DNA of 39,818 nt from a virus (taxonomy: Duplodnaviria > Caudoviricetes). A program made the translations under genes and the position numbers. The stretch covers positions 1 through 39,818 of IMG/VR virus record IMGVR_UViG_3300030606_000021. One strand, written 5' to 3'. Below are positions 5,374-13,011 of this stretch, piece by piece. Position 1 is the stretch's first letter. Each line of letters starts with the position of its first letter. Below the pieces are notes generated by a model. It did not search any database. It had not been told where the DNA came from and saw only the letters and a program-made list of their open reading frames with translations.

Positions 5374-5697
5374 CTACTTGACGCCAGCCGGTACTTCGCC
5401 GGTGGCCTTCTTGATTGCGGCGCGCATCTTCTGAAGCAGGTAAAGCGGCACTGCAAAGCGATCTCGGTTTTGCACTTCGCAAAACTCGCGACACGCCTCA
5501 AGAAACTCCGGCGCGGCGGCGATGAGGAGAGCGTTGGCTTCTGCGGTAGGTACGCCGCCCTCGTGTTGCAGATCGACATTGGAACGCGGACCATAGACCG
5601 CATATCCAACGACACTGCCGTCCGCGACGATCTTTACCGGCGACGATTCCCCAAGTATCGCCTCCCACGGTCCCGGCGTGTGTTTCGATTCGTCCAT
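5374..5697 (-). CDS. conserved phage hypothetical protein (HTPGPW...ANAxLIAAAP family)
   Basis: SKHTPGPW and ANALLIAAAPEFLEAC motifs, common in phage early regions. Confidence 0.8.
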   Translation of the reverse strand: MDESKHTPGPWEAILGESSPVKIVADGSVVGYAVYGPRSNVDLQHEGGVPTAEANALLIAAAPEFLEACREFCEVQNRDRFAVPLYLLQKMRAAIKKATGEVPAGVK

Positions 5698-5836
5698 CGT
5701 TCATTCCCCTTTGCTAAAGTGCGTCCCATCCTATCCCGCAATCTCGCGGGCGAGTGCGGCTGTGCCGCGTGTAAAAAGGTGGCGCGCCGAGCTGCTGCCC
5801 GTCGCAGCCCCGCGCCCGGCGCGCCGGGAGTGCGGG

Positions 5837-6193
5837 TTAGTCGCCGTCCTCTTCCTCGTACGATTCCGCACACGAGTCGCAGAGCCACGTGACAAGATGC
5901 TTTTCGACGGAGCCCCCATCAATCAATTCGCCGTCTACGCCGGCCTGCGGACCGTTGTCTCCCCACTCGATGATTTCGCCGCACTCGCCGCAGCGGAATG
6001 ATTCGATCCGATCGACCTCGTTGCCGTCCTCGTCGACGGCATAGGCGTCGTGCTGGTTGCACTGCCCAGGCATGTTGATGTCGGCGCGGCATCCGGCCCG
6101 CATCGCCGCCTCTCGCTCGTCCTCTGTCTCCATCAGCAGCGGGTCATCGGGATCGCCGTGCCAACCAGGCGCTTGTAATACGCGATACATCAT
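5837..6193 (-). CDS. acidic hypothetical protein with two CxxC motifs
   Basis: CGEC and CDSC motifs. GGGAGG ribosome-binding site. Confidence 0.65.
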   Translation of the reverse strand: MMYRVLQAPGWHGDPDDPLLMETEDEREAAMRAGCRADINMPGQCNQHDAYAVDEDGNEVDRIESFRCGECGEIIEWGDNGPQAGVDGELIDGGSVEKHLVTWLCDSCAESYEEEDGD

Positions 6194-6307
6194 CGTTTCC
6201 TCCCGCCCCTGCGTGGGGCACCTGCTGCCGTTATCGGTGGCAGCCGTCCGTCTGGCAAACGCGCCAGGCCGTCCCCCGCTCCCGTGAGCGGCTGACAGCG
6301 CGGGGCG

Positions 6308-7348
6308 TCAAACTGGCGACGGTGCGCACCCGTCCCGGATGTCCCGCCAATGCGGCAGGTAGGAATCCAGCAGTTCCTCGCGGCGGACTCTGGCGGCACA
6401 CTCGTCTACCTCGACAACTTCCCCCTTGTGTCGCGGGTAGCCTGCCTTGGCGGCCTTGTAGTGCCGGATGACCACAACGGGGTGGTACGCGCCGCACGAA
6501 TCCTTCTGGCGACGCGCCGGCATAATCAGGGTCTCGCGGCGCATAAACAAGCGCGAAATCTGCGAGAAGTCGAAGCCAGCGTAATCGTGCAGGGCCACGA
6601 TCAATTCGCACCTGTCCCGCTCCTCTTGAAACACCACGTAGCGCTTGCGGCCCTTTTCCCCGGCGTGCTTCCATCCGTTGCATACCGCTGCCGTGGCAAA
6701 ACCGCGCTCGCGCTGACTCTGTTGCACGTCCCGCGTTCTCTGGCTGGCGGCGTCAATTTCGATGCGGGCGATCGTACCCAACATGGCCACCAGCATTTGG
6801 CCGATGGGGGTTGCGGTGTCGAACCCTGGCTGGTCGAGGATCGTCAACGACACTCCGGCCCTGTTGAGCACGTTGATGACGCCCAGCGCGTCGTGCGGCC
6901 CGCCGAAGGCACGGTCGAACCGCGTCACAACCACCGTGTCGCCCCTCCTCAGCTCCATCAACATCCGTCTGCCGGCCGGACGCTCAAATAGCGGCAGGCT
7001 CCGGGAAGTGTCTTGGTCAACAAATGGGGCGTGAATGGCGGTTTCGGCCCCAACGCGCTCCATGTCGATCTCATACGCATGCGCCTTGCGCACCCGCTCT
7101 TGTTGTGCTATCAGCGACAACTCCTGTCGATCGGTGGAGACACGAACGTACGGCATCCAGCGTCCGCCGCCCTCCCGTTCCGCTATCGGCTCTACGTCGA
7201 TCAACGTGGCGCCGCACTGCGAACAGAATCGGTCCAACTGAACCGTGCCGCAGCAAATGCGCGGCTTCCCGTCCGGCTTTTCTTCGCCTTTTCGCGGCCG
7301 GCCCCGCTTGCGTTTTCCGTTGCCGTTGGTGTGTGCTTGTGGAATCAT
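6308..7348 (-). CDS. serine recombinase (resolvase family) with N-terminal AT-hook and Zn-ribbon
   Basis: YVRVSTDRQELSL (catalytic Ser), GDTVVVTRFDRAF, TATPIGQMLVAMLG...EIDAASQRT. N-terminal KRKRGRPRK and CCG...CSQCG. Start is 7348 or 7384. Confidence 0.85.
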   Translation of the reverse strand: MIPQAHTNGNGKRKRGRPRKGEEKPDGKPRICCGTVQLDRFCSQCGATLIDVEPIAEREGGGRWMPYVRVSTDRQELSLIAQQERVRKAHAYEIDMERVGAETAIHAPFVDQDTSRSLPLFERPAGRRMLMELRRGDTVVVTRFDRAFGGPHDALGVINVLNRAGVSLTILDQPGFDTATPIGQMLVAMLGTIARIEIDAASQRTRDVQQSQRERGFATAAVCNGWKHAGEKGRKRYVVFQEERDRCELIVALHDYAGFDFSQISRLFMRRETLIMPARRQKDSCGAYHPVVVIRHYKAAKAGYPRHKGEVVEVDECAARVRREELLDSYLPHWRDIRDGCAPSPV

Positions 7349-7377
7349 TGCAGGTCGCGCTCCCCGTCTGGCGGCAC

Positions 7378-7405
7378 TTGACATCGTGCCGCTCCATGCT
7401 ATTGT
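7378..7405 (+). promoter_or_regulatory. sigma70-type promoter (leaderless transcript)
   Basis: TTGACA-N16-TATTGT with extended TGn. The ATG at 7412 is 6 nt downstream. Confidence 0.6.
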
Positions 7406-7411
7406 TTCGGT

Positions 7412-7624
7412 ATGCCAAAATCAACCCACCCCAAACGACCTCGTGGCCGGCCAAGCATCGGTACGCGACGGAACGTGACCCTGCGCACTACCGACGAGCT
7501 GTGGCAGCGCGTGCTGGCCTACTCGCGTCGCACCGAAACGCCAATTGCCGACATACTGCGGCTCGGGCTGTGGAAGGTGGTCAATGCGAGGCCGACCAGC
7601 GCACGGTCAGGAAAGGGTAAGTAA
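7412..7624 (+). CDS. ribbon-helix-helix-like DNA-binding protein with a GRP motif
   Basis: KRPRGRP, a beta strand NVTLR, and helices DELWQRVLAYS and IADILRLGL. Confidence 0.65.
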   Translation: MPKSTHPKRPRGRPSIGTRRNVTLRTTDELWQRVLAYSRRTETPIADILRLGLWKVVNARPTSARSGKGK

Positions 7625-7690
7625 ACCAACCGGCGCTGATCGACGCTCGCTTGGTCCGCCCCGACGTTCTCGGAGCGGTGCAAGGGGGCG

Positions 7691-8038
7691 TCAGGGGGTG
7701 ATGCCGGTGGCCTTGGCGATGACACCTTGCGCCCAATCGGCATCCCGCTGTATCAGTTCCAGTTCGGTGCCAGTCATGGTGTCAGGAAACAGCGCATTGC
7801 CCGCTGGCGTGCCGTACTTGAACTTTCTGATTTGGTGAACTAGCGATCGGCACGCAACCAGCAACTCCGGCCCGGCGGCGATGAGCCGGGCGTTGGCGTA
7901 TTGGCGATTCCCATGCACCGGAGGCACGCTGGCAACAACGATCTTGCCAACAGCCGTAACTTCGTGCCCGACTTCGTAGCCACCATTGGGGCCGCTCAGA
8001 ATATGCCACGGCCCACCCGTGTGTTTCGATTCGCTCAC
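7691..8038 (-). CDS. conserved phage hypothetical protein, paralog of 5374..5697
   Basis: SKHTGGPW and ANARLIAAGPELLVAC motifs, and a shared KATG ending. Confidence 0.8.
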   Translation of the reverse strand: MSESKHTGGPWHILSGPNGGYEVGHEVTAVGKIVVASVPPVHGNRQYANARLIAAGPELLVACRSLVHQIRKFKYGTPAGNALFPDTMTGTELELIQRDADWAQGVIAKATGITP

Positions 8039-8074
8039 GGCACTACCCTTTCAGTAAGGCCCCTCGGGGCAGGT

Positions 8075-8725
8075 TCAGGAAAGCATTTCGCCGCCTTCGA
8101 TGGCGTTCAAGGCGGCTCGGAAGTTGCACTCGCAGCGCTTCGCCAGTGCGATGTACGCTTCAAGCGGCTGGCCGTCCAAGTCGAGTTGCTGCGCGATGCC
8201 CCGCAAGTGCAAGGCGACGGCCATTTCATTCGGCTTGTTCAACCGAATGTGAATCGCTCGGGACAGGAACGGCATCCCGTCGAACTTCTCGTCAAACAGT
8301 TTGCGCTGCCCCTTGTTCGTCGTGGTGAAACACCAAGTTGACGTGCGCTGAATGTGCGGCAGTTCCAGCGTGGTTTGTAGGCGGCTGACCACCTTCGTCG
8401 ATAGCCCGTGGCACTCGTTCACAATGACGCAGTGCGTGGGCTTGGTGCCGATGGGGCGGGTAACAAACCAATCCTCCCACTGGCGGCACAACTCCATCGT
8501 CACGTCCTGGGCGTCAATCTCGTGTGTTGCGTACGGCTCGGACACGTCGGCGGCCACGATGCGGGCCAGCGTGGTCTTGCCGGAACCGCTCGGCCCGGTA
8601 ATCAGGAACACGCGGCCACCCCAGCCACCGTCGTCGTGCATTCGCAGCATGGCCTTGATGGGCGGCTCTTGTCCGACCAGCTCGGCCAGCGCCGTAGGTC
8701 GGAATCGTTCGTACAGTGCTACCAT
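8075..8725 (-). CDS. clamp-loader-like AAA+ ATPase (DnaX/RFC/MgsA N-terminal module)
   Basis: LYERFRP..LAELVGQE (RFC box), Walker A GPSGSGKTT, Walker B-like IVNECH, sensor LSRA (cf. SRC) and lid FRAALNAIE. Confidence 0.85.
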   Translation of the reverse strand: MVALYERFRPTALAELVGQEPPIKAMLRMHDDGGWGGRVFLITGPSGSGKTTLARIVAADVSEPYATHEIDAQDVTMELCRQWEDWFVTRPIGTKPTHCVIVNECHGLSTKVVSRLQTTLELPHIQRTSTWCFTTTNKGQRKLFDEKFDGMPFLSRAIHIRLNKPNEMAVALHLRGIAQQLDLDGQPLEAYIALAKRCECNFRAALNAIEGGEMLS

Positions 8726-8774
8726 CGAAATACCCTTTCATTCTGGCGGAACAAAACTCTCGGAACGCGGCATC

Positions 8775-8996
8775 CTACATGCCCATGTCGCGAGCCGCCT
8801 GATTCATCGTGGCGATCATGGCTCGCATGTTGGCGGCCCAAGGCCACAAGTGCCGCGCTTCTGGCGGCAGGTGGTCGGACACGATATCCGTCAACTCCCC
8901 GAACGGGCAACTCGCATCATCGGCGCCGCGTCCGTCCACGAGGGCGGTTTCGATGCCGTGCCAGTCAACTCCGACCTGTACGCAATGGCCCCTCAA
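8775..8996 (-). CDS. hypothetical protein
   Basis: Fills the gap in the minus-strand gene run. Start is uncertain. Confidence 0.4.
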   Translation of the reverse strand: MRGHCVQVGVDWHGIETALVDGRGADDASCPFGELTDIVSDHLPPEARHLWPWAANMRAMIATMNQAARDMGM

Positions 8997-9100
8997 GGCC
9001 GAACGCGGCCACTTCGCGCCAGGCTTGGCGGCCCACCGGAGCGGCGGCCGGGTTTCTGCTCTCCGCTAAACTAATCCACCGCCCCGTCACTGTGCGAGCC

Positions 9101-9204
9101 CTCTGGCGGCACACAGTAGCACGGCTCTGGCGGCACCACTGACGCGCGTACGTACACGCGCGCGCCTGCCTGCGCCCGCGTACGCGTGCACGTGCGCACG
9201 CGCG
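9101..9204. repeat. direct repeat CTCTGGCGGCAC x2 plus an alternating purine-pyrimidine tract
   Basis: ctctggcggcac at 9101 and 9125, then acgcgcgtacgtacacgcgcgcgc...cgcgtacgcgtgcacgtgcgcacgcgcg. Confidence 0.7.
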
Positions 9205-9351
9205 GGGATGCGGATTCGGTCGCCGTCGGTTTGGGCCGGCAGGTCGAGCCGATCTTGCCCCTCGCCTCACTAATCCGCCGGCCTGTCACGAGGGGCAAAA
9301 GACACCCCGGTGGATTAGCACGGCGGAGGAAAGAATTTCGACGTGCTGGTA

Positions 9352-9379
9352 TTGACAAGTAATTCGGCGTGTCGATAAT
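9352..9379 (+). promoter_or_regulatory. sigma70-type promoter
   Basis: TTGACA-N16-GATAAT upstream of the sigma-like gene. Confidence 0.6.
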
Positions 9380-9431
9380 GAATCACGTTGTTGGGCATTC
9401 CGCCCGACGTTTCACGCGAAAGGGTAAGAAC

Positions 9432-9956
9432 ATGCAAGCAAGTGAAGCAAAGGCCGCATGGGAAGAGAATGCGCGGTCGTTGGAGATCGTCGCCTGGCTG
9501 GCAGTTGCCGATCGGTGGCACGGCCAGTGCCAAGAAACGGCCGCGCAACTTGTCGCCGATGCGATTGGTTACGGGTGGCAACGCTGGGCGCAGTGGGCGC
9601 CGCGTCGCGATGCGGGCGCAGACAGCGCTGGCACCATGCGGCATTGCGTGAGGCTTGGCGTGCGACGCGCTATCGTCGTGTACACCCGCCAGCAACGCGG
9701 TGGCATCCCGGTAGGCGAACTATTCGACGCGGTGGCGCCGGAACAGGACTGGTCGATCGTCGATAGGTGGATCGAAAGCCTGTCTGTTGCCCATCAGGCC
9801 GTCGCGACGCTACTGGCCAACGGACTGTCGCAACGCGAAGTGCAGCGCGTCGCGAAGTGCGACATATCGGCCGCGGTCGCAAGCCTGCGACGATCCTCGG
9901 CGATGCAAGCGATGGCCGTCGAATACGCGGTAGGGAATGCTTTGGATTGCGTGTAA
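9432..9956 (+). CDS. sigma-70/ECF-like protein (region 4 HTH)
   Basis: C-terminal WIESLSVAHQAVATLLANGLSQREVQRVAKCDISAAVASLRR resembles a sigma region 4 / LuxR-type HTH. GAAAGGG ribosome-binding site. Confidence 0.55.
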   Translation: MQASEAKAAWEENARSLEIVAWLAVADRWHGQCQETAAQLVADAIGYGWQRWAQWAPRRDAGADSAGTMRHCVRLGVRRAIVVYTRQQRGGIPVGELFDAVAPEQDWSIVDRWIESLSVAHQAVATLLANGLSQREVQRVAKCDISAAVASLRRSSAMQAMAVEYAVGNALDCV

Positions 9957-10016
9957 TGGCGCCGCACGTTGCGGCGCGCTTTGTTCGGTTCTGTTTTCAC
10001 GAAAGGGTAACGAATC

Positions 10017-10460
10017 ATGGCTATGTCGTTCAAAGAAGCGCTCGCGGCCGTCAAGGCGGGCAGTATGTCGGTCGATGAGGCCGAGCGCGCCGTCAAGAGC
10101 AACACGTTTGGCGCGAAGGGTGTGACGCGGGGCAAACTGTCACGCGGTTCCGATGGTCGCGTCAAAGGCGGGCGTATCATCGTACGCGATGGCGCCGAAG
10201 TCGAAATGACCGATGCCCAGGCAGTCGTGTTGCTGCGTAACGTCGATGCGATCAAGGCGGAGCTGGCACGCTTCGCAGCGACGGCCCCAGTTGCAGTGCC
10301 GCAAGTGCGCACTGGCAAGGATAAGGCGGGCAACGCAACGACGTCCGAGTATACCGCCTACGTCGCGGCCGACTCCGCGCTTGTGGGGTGGAACCAAGGC
10401 CAGTGCGACATGGTGGCCGACTTCCACAAGAGCGCCGCCAAGAGTAGCAAGGCCGCGTAA
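10017..10460 (+). CDS. hypothetical protein (147 aa)
   Basis: Clear ribosome-binding site (GAAAGGG), coding-like composition, followed by a terminator. Confidence 0.75.
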   Translation: MAMSFKEALAAVKAGSMSVDEAERAVKSNTFGAKGVTRGKLSRGSDGRVKGGRIIVRDGAEVEMTDAQAVVLLRNVDAIKAELARFAATAPVAVPQVRTGKDKAGNATTSEYTAYVAADSALVGWNQGQCDMVADFHKSAAKSSKAA

Positions 10461-10477
10461 CTGCGACCGTCAACCGC

Positions 10478-10511
10478 AAGCCGTCGGGCGTCACAACCCG
10501 GCGGCTTTTCT
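10478..10511 (+). terminator. intrinsic terminator
   Basis: AAGCCGTCGGG-CGTCACAA-CCCGGCGGCTT-TTCT. Confidence 0.75.
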
Positions 10512-11096
10512 CATGCGCCCATCAGCAACGCGCCTCGTCTGCCAACGTGTCCAGGCAGACAACCAGCCGATGACGCCCTGGCGATCACAACGCCAGCACA
10601 ACCGAGACAAGCAAGCAGCGTCAACGTGCCGACCGCCTACGTGGCCCGTAGACGCGTCGGCGCATCATGTGACCCAAGTATCAACCACTGCCCTGAACGT
10701 TCGTTATTCGCGACGTGGGGAGCTCGATTGTAGAAGACCCCCCAATAGTGGGGGTGTGGTGAGGGTGGGGGGTAGATTCATGTCTGCTTATACTGCGCAA
10801 ACACAGTATTAAATTATCCGAACCACGCAATAAACCGTAATCCCTTGGCACGACAGGGGTTATGGTGTCCGCCGACCCCTACCCCGGTGCCCCCAACTGG
10901 CGGCAATAGGTGCTGTACGTGCCCCTCGGACTTTTTACCACGTCCTTTGGCCCAGTGGGCGTGATGTTGATGGGTGCGCTGAAAACGCCGGTGTTTGGGG
11001 TGTTTCAGGCGAAGTGCCTGTGTTGATGGTCCGCTACGTCGTACTTCGCAGCGACTCCGCTTCTATCGCCATTCGTTACGAGGTATGTCAATAGAA

Positions 11097-11147
11097 GTTG
11101 CACATCTTGTGGTTTGTTGTGCATGACACCACTACATCTTGTGGTTT
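11097..11147. promoter_or_regulatory. tandem NrdR-box-like sites
   Basis: ACATCTTGTGGTTT repeated at 11102 and 11134 (32 bp apart). The second copy lies within CCACTACATCTTGTGG. Confidence 0.6.
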
Positions 11148-11201
11148 TTGGTGTTTTTGATTTGTCAAAATCACACTTACTTCTTCTTGAGCAGATTGGC
11201 C

Positions 11202-11396
11202 TTAAGCCGTGCGGTCGGTCGCAGCAGACTGTAGCCAGTGCTCAATGTGCCGCAGTACCGTTTCGTCGTCCAGCGTATCACCGTAGCTTAGCACGGCACC
11301 AAGCAGACACGAATCGACGCGGATAGATTCATCTTCGCGAAGGCGCGACAGCACGCGGCCAAGGATCAAAACGATTCTATCTTTGGTGGTTAGCAT
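11202..11396 (-). CDS. hypothetical protein (64 aa)
   Basis: GGAG ribosome-binding site. Last gene of the minus-strand run. Confidence 0.65.
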   Translation of the reverse strand: MLTTKDRIVLILGRVLSRLREDESIRVDSCLLGAVLSYGDTLDDETVLRHIEHWLQSAATDRTA

Positions 11397-11424
11397 GCGA
11401 ACAACTCCAATCGTAAACGAGCAC

Positions 11425-11712
11425 CTACGTCAACACGTCCCGCTGCGGGTAGTCCGGCCCCAGCAGCACCTCGGCCAGGAGTCGGTACAGCTTGTCGTGC
11501 ATTTCGTATTGTACCGGAGTCGAGTCGTCTAAAAAGCGTATGCCGCCAGGTGGTCGCGAGAGGTCGATCGCATCCCAGAGGCCCAGCAAGGCTTCGCGAG
11601 CAGCCGCGCGTCTTTCCTCGTTCTGGATTTCCAACGGGCCGTAGCGTCGCTGCGGCTGTTCTGGTTTGGGCTTTGGGACTACGAGGCCGGACGGGTGATG
11701 CTCGAATTCCAT
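11425..11712 (-). CDS. hypothetical protein (95 aa)
   Basis: AGGAG ribosome-binding site. Tiles with neighbouring genes. Confidence 0.7.
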   Translation of the reverse strand: MEFEHHPSGLVVPKPKPEQPQRRYGPLEIQNEERRAAAREALLGLWDAIDLSRPPGGIRFLDDSTPVQYEMHDKLYRLLAEVLLGPDYPQRDVLT

Positions 11713-11727
11713 CGGGGGCTCCTGGGG

Positions 11728-11973
11728 TCAGTCCTTCGTCGTCAGTTTCCCGTATGGCTTGCACGCCAACTCGACATGAGCGCCGATCATCTGCATCAAC
11801 TGCTGGTCCAGCAAAGCCTGTTGCAGTCTCGCCCAGTCTTCGTGCGCTCTCTGGCGCTCGATTGCTTGCTGGATTTCCTCGCGCGACGGCTGGGGTCTGG
11901 GTACGAACGTGTTCGACGGCGTTCGCTCAACCGGTTCGCGCCACCACCGTGCGTTATGTGCTCGCATGCCCAT
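11728..11973 (-). CDS. hypothetical protein (81 aa)
   Basis: Tiles with neighbouring genes. Confidence 0.55.
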   Translation of the reverse strand: MGMRAHNARWWREPVERTPSNTFVPRPQPSREEIQQAIERQRAHEDWARLQQALLDQQLMQMIGAHVELACKPYGKLTTKD

Positions 11974-12202
11974 GCTCGGTCTCCATCGTCACGTACTGGG
12001 GTTCGTCGTAAACTCCCTCGCGCCACGATAGGTGATCGTTACGATGAGCGTCACGGTAATCAATACGCTCGCGGCGGGGCAGCGTATTCAAAATGGACGT
12101 ATCCCATACTGACGATTCCGGCGGTCGCCACATCCCGATGAACTTGTGCTTGGCCGGGTCGATTGCGCTGGCGTCTACTTGCTTACCGTCGAGTAGGGGC
12201 AT
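11954..12202 (-). CDS. hypothetical protein (82 aa)
   Basis: GGAG ribosome-binding site. Tiles with neighbouring genes. Confidence 0.6.
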   Translation of the reverse strand: MPLLDGKQVDASAIDPAKHKFIGMWRPPESSVWDTSILNTLPRRERIDYRDAHRNDHLSWREGVYDEPQYVTMETEHGHAST

Positions 12203-12206
12203 GGGT

Positions 12207-12476
12207 TCACTCCGTCATGTCGATCCCGCTGCCGAGCGGCTTGGCGTTTTGTACGCCGTCCATCATTACCCAGGTATCGGGTATCGGTAAGTTGGCGGGG
12301 AAGAAAACGACATGCCCCGTCGGCAGATTGGGGTCACTGATGTTTTCGACGAGGACGTATGGCCATTCGATCGTCCACACTGCGCTATACGTTGCTTCCG
12401 CCGGCACGAAACGCTCTAACACCGGGATGCTGGCCAGGGCGGCGAGGAATGTGCGTCGGTTAATGTCAGCTTTCAC
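12207..12476 (-). CDS. small protein with a twin-arginine (Tat)-like N-terminus
   Basis: INRRTFLAALASIP. GTGA coupling to the upstream gene. Confidence 0.65.
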   Translation of the reverse strand: MKADINRRTFLAALASIPVLERFVPAEATYSAVWTIEWPYVLVENISDPNLPTGHVVFFPANLPIPDTWVMMDGVQNAKPLGSGIDMTE

Positions 12477-12784
12477 GCCGGCTTATCCTTGTCTTTGGGC
12501 GTTGGCGTATACGAAAAGCAACCAGTCGGCTTCTCGCAGAATTGCGCCGGGTCGATTTTCAACAGGGCCTCGATGTCGCCGGCCTGCAAGGCGTCGTGGA
12601 CTTGTTGCTCAGGGGAACCTTCCGCGAACAACTCCCTGGGCGGGAACGGCTCGTGCGGCCGACGCGACTCAAGGGCTTTGACGAGCCGGTCGTGCATGGA
12701 GGCGTAGGCTTCCCGTGTTTCGGGCGGAATGCGGTCCACGGCAGCCTTGACATCCGCGGCGGTTATCGGTCGTCGGTTCACCAT
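12473..12784 (-). CDS. hypothetical protein (103 aa)
   Basis: AAGGA ribosome-binding site. Overlaps its neighbours. Confidence 0.65.
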   Translation of the reverse strand: MVNRRPITAADVKAAVDRIPPETREAYASMHDRLVKALESRRPHEPFPPRELFAEGSPEQQVHDALQAGDIEALLKIDPAQFCEKPTGCFSYTPTPKDKDKPA

Positions 12785-13011
12785 GCGATCCTTGCGAATG
12801 GCCTACTTAACACCAGACGGATTCGGTGTTTCTCACGGAGCCAGCGTGCCCACTTGCGCTGTTCGGTCGCGGTCAGCGCATTCCAGGCTTTCAGGTACGC
12901 CAACTTCCGCGTAGCCAAGTTGCCGTGTCCGAAGTATTCCGCCATCGTCCATCCGCTATGTGCTCGAACGAAACGTACATAGAACTGCGTGCGGGGCGGT
13001 TCTGTTGTCAT
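12778..13011 (-). CDS. hypothetical protein
   Basis: ATGA coupling at 13008-13011 (ORF 12778..13203). Confidence 0.55.
   Translation of the reverse strand: MTTEPPRTQFYVRFVRAHSGWTMAEYFGHGNLATRKLAYLKAWNALTATEQRKWARWLREKHRIRLVLSRPFARIAW

Noticed and set aside
10748-10772. G-quadruplex
   Set aside because: Only three runs of three or more G plus one GG, and a competing C-run hairpin lies immediately upstream.
11086-11091. Promoter at a perfect TTGACA on the minus strand
   Set aside because: There is no acceptable -10 hexamer at 16-18 nt.
11227-11237. 11-nt contiguous match (GACTGTAGCCA) to the concatenated NN string of tract 3
   Set aside because: A match of this length is expected by chance given about 220 query positions and 80 kb of two-strand sequence.
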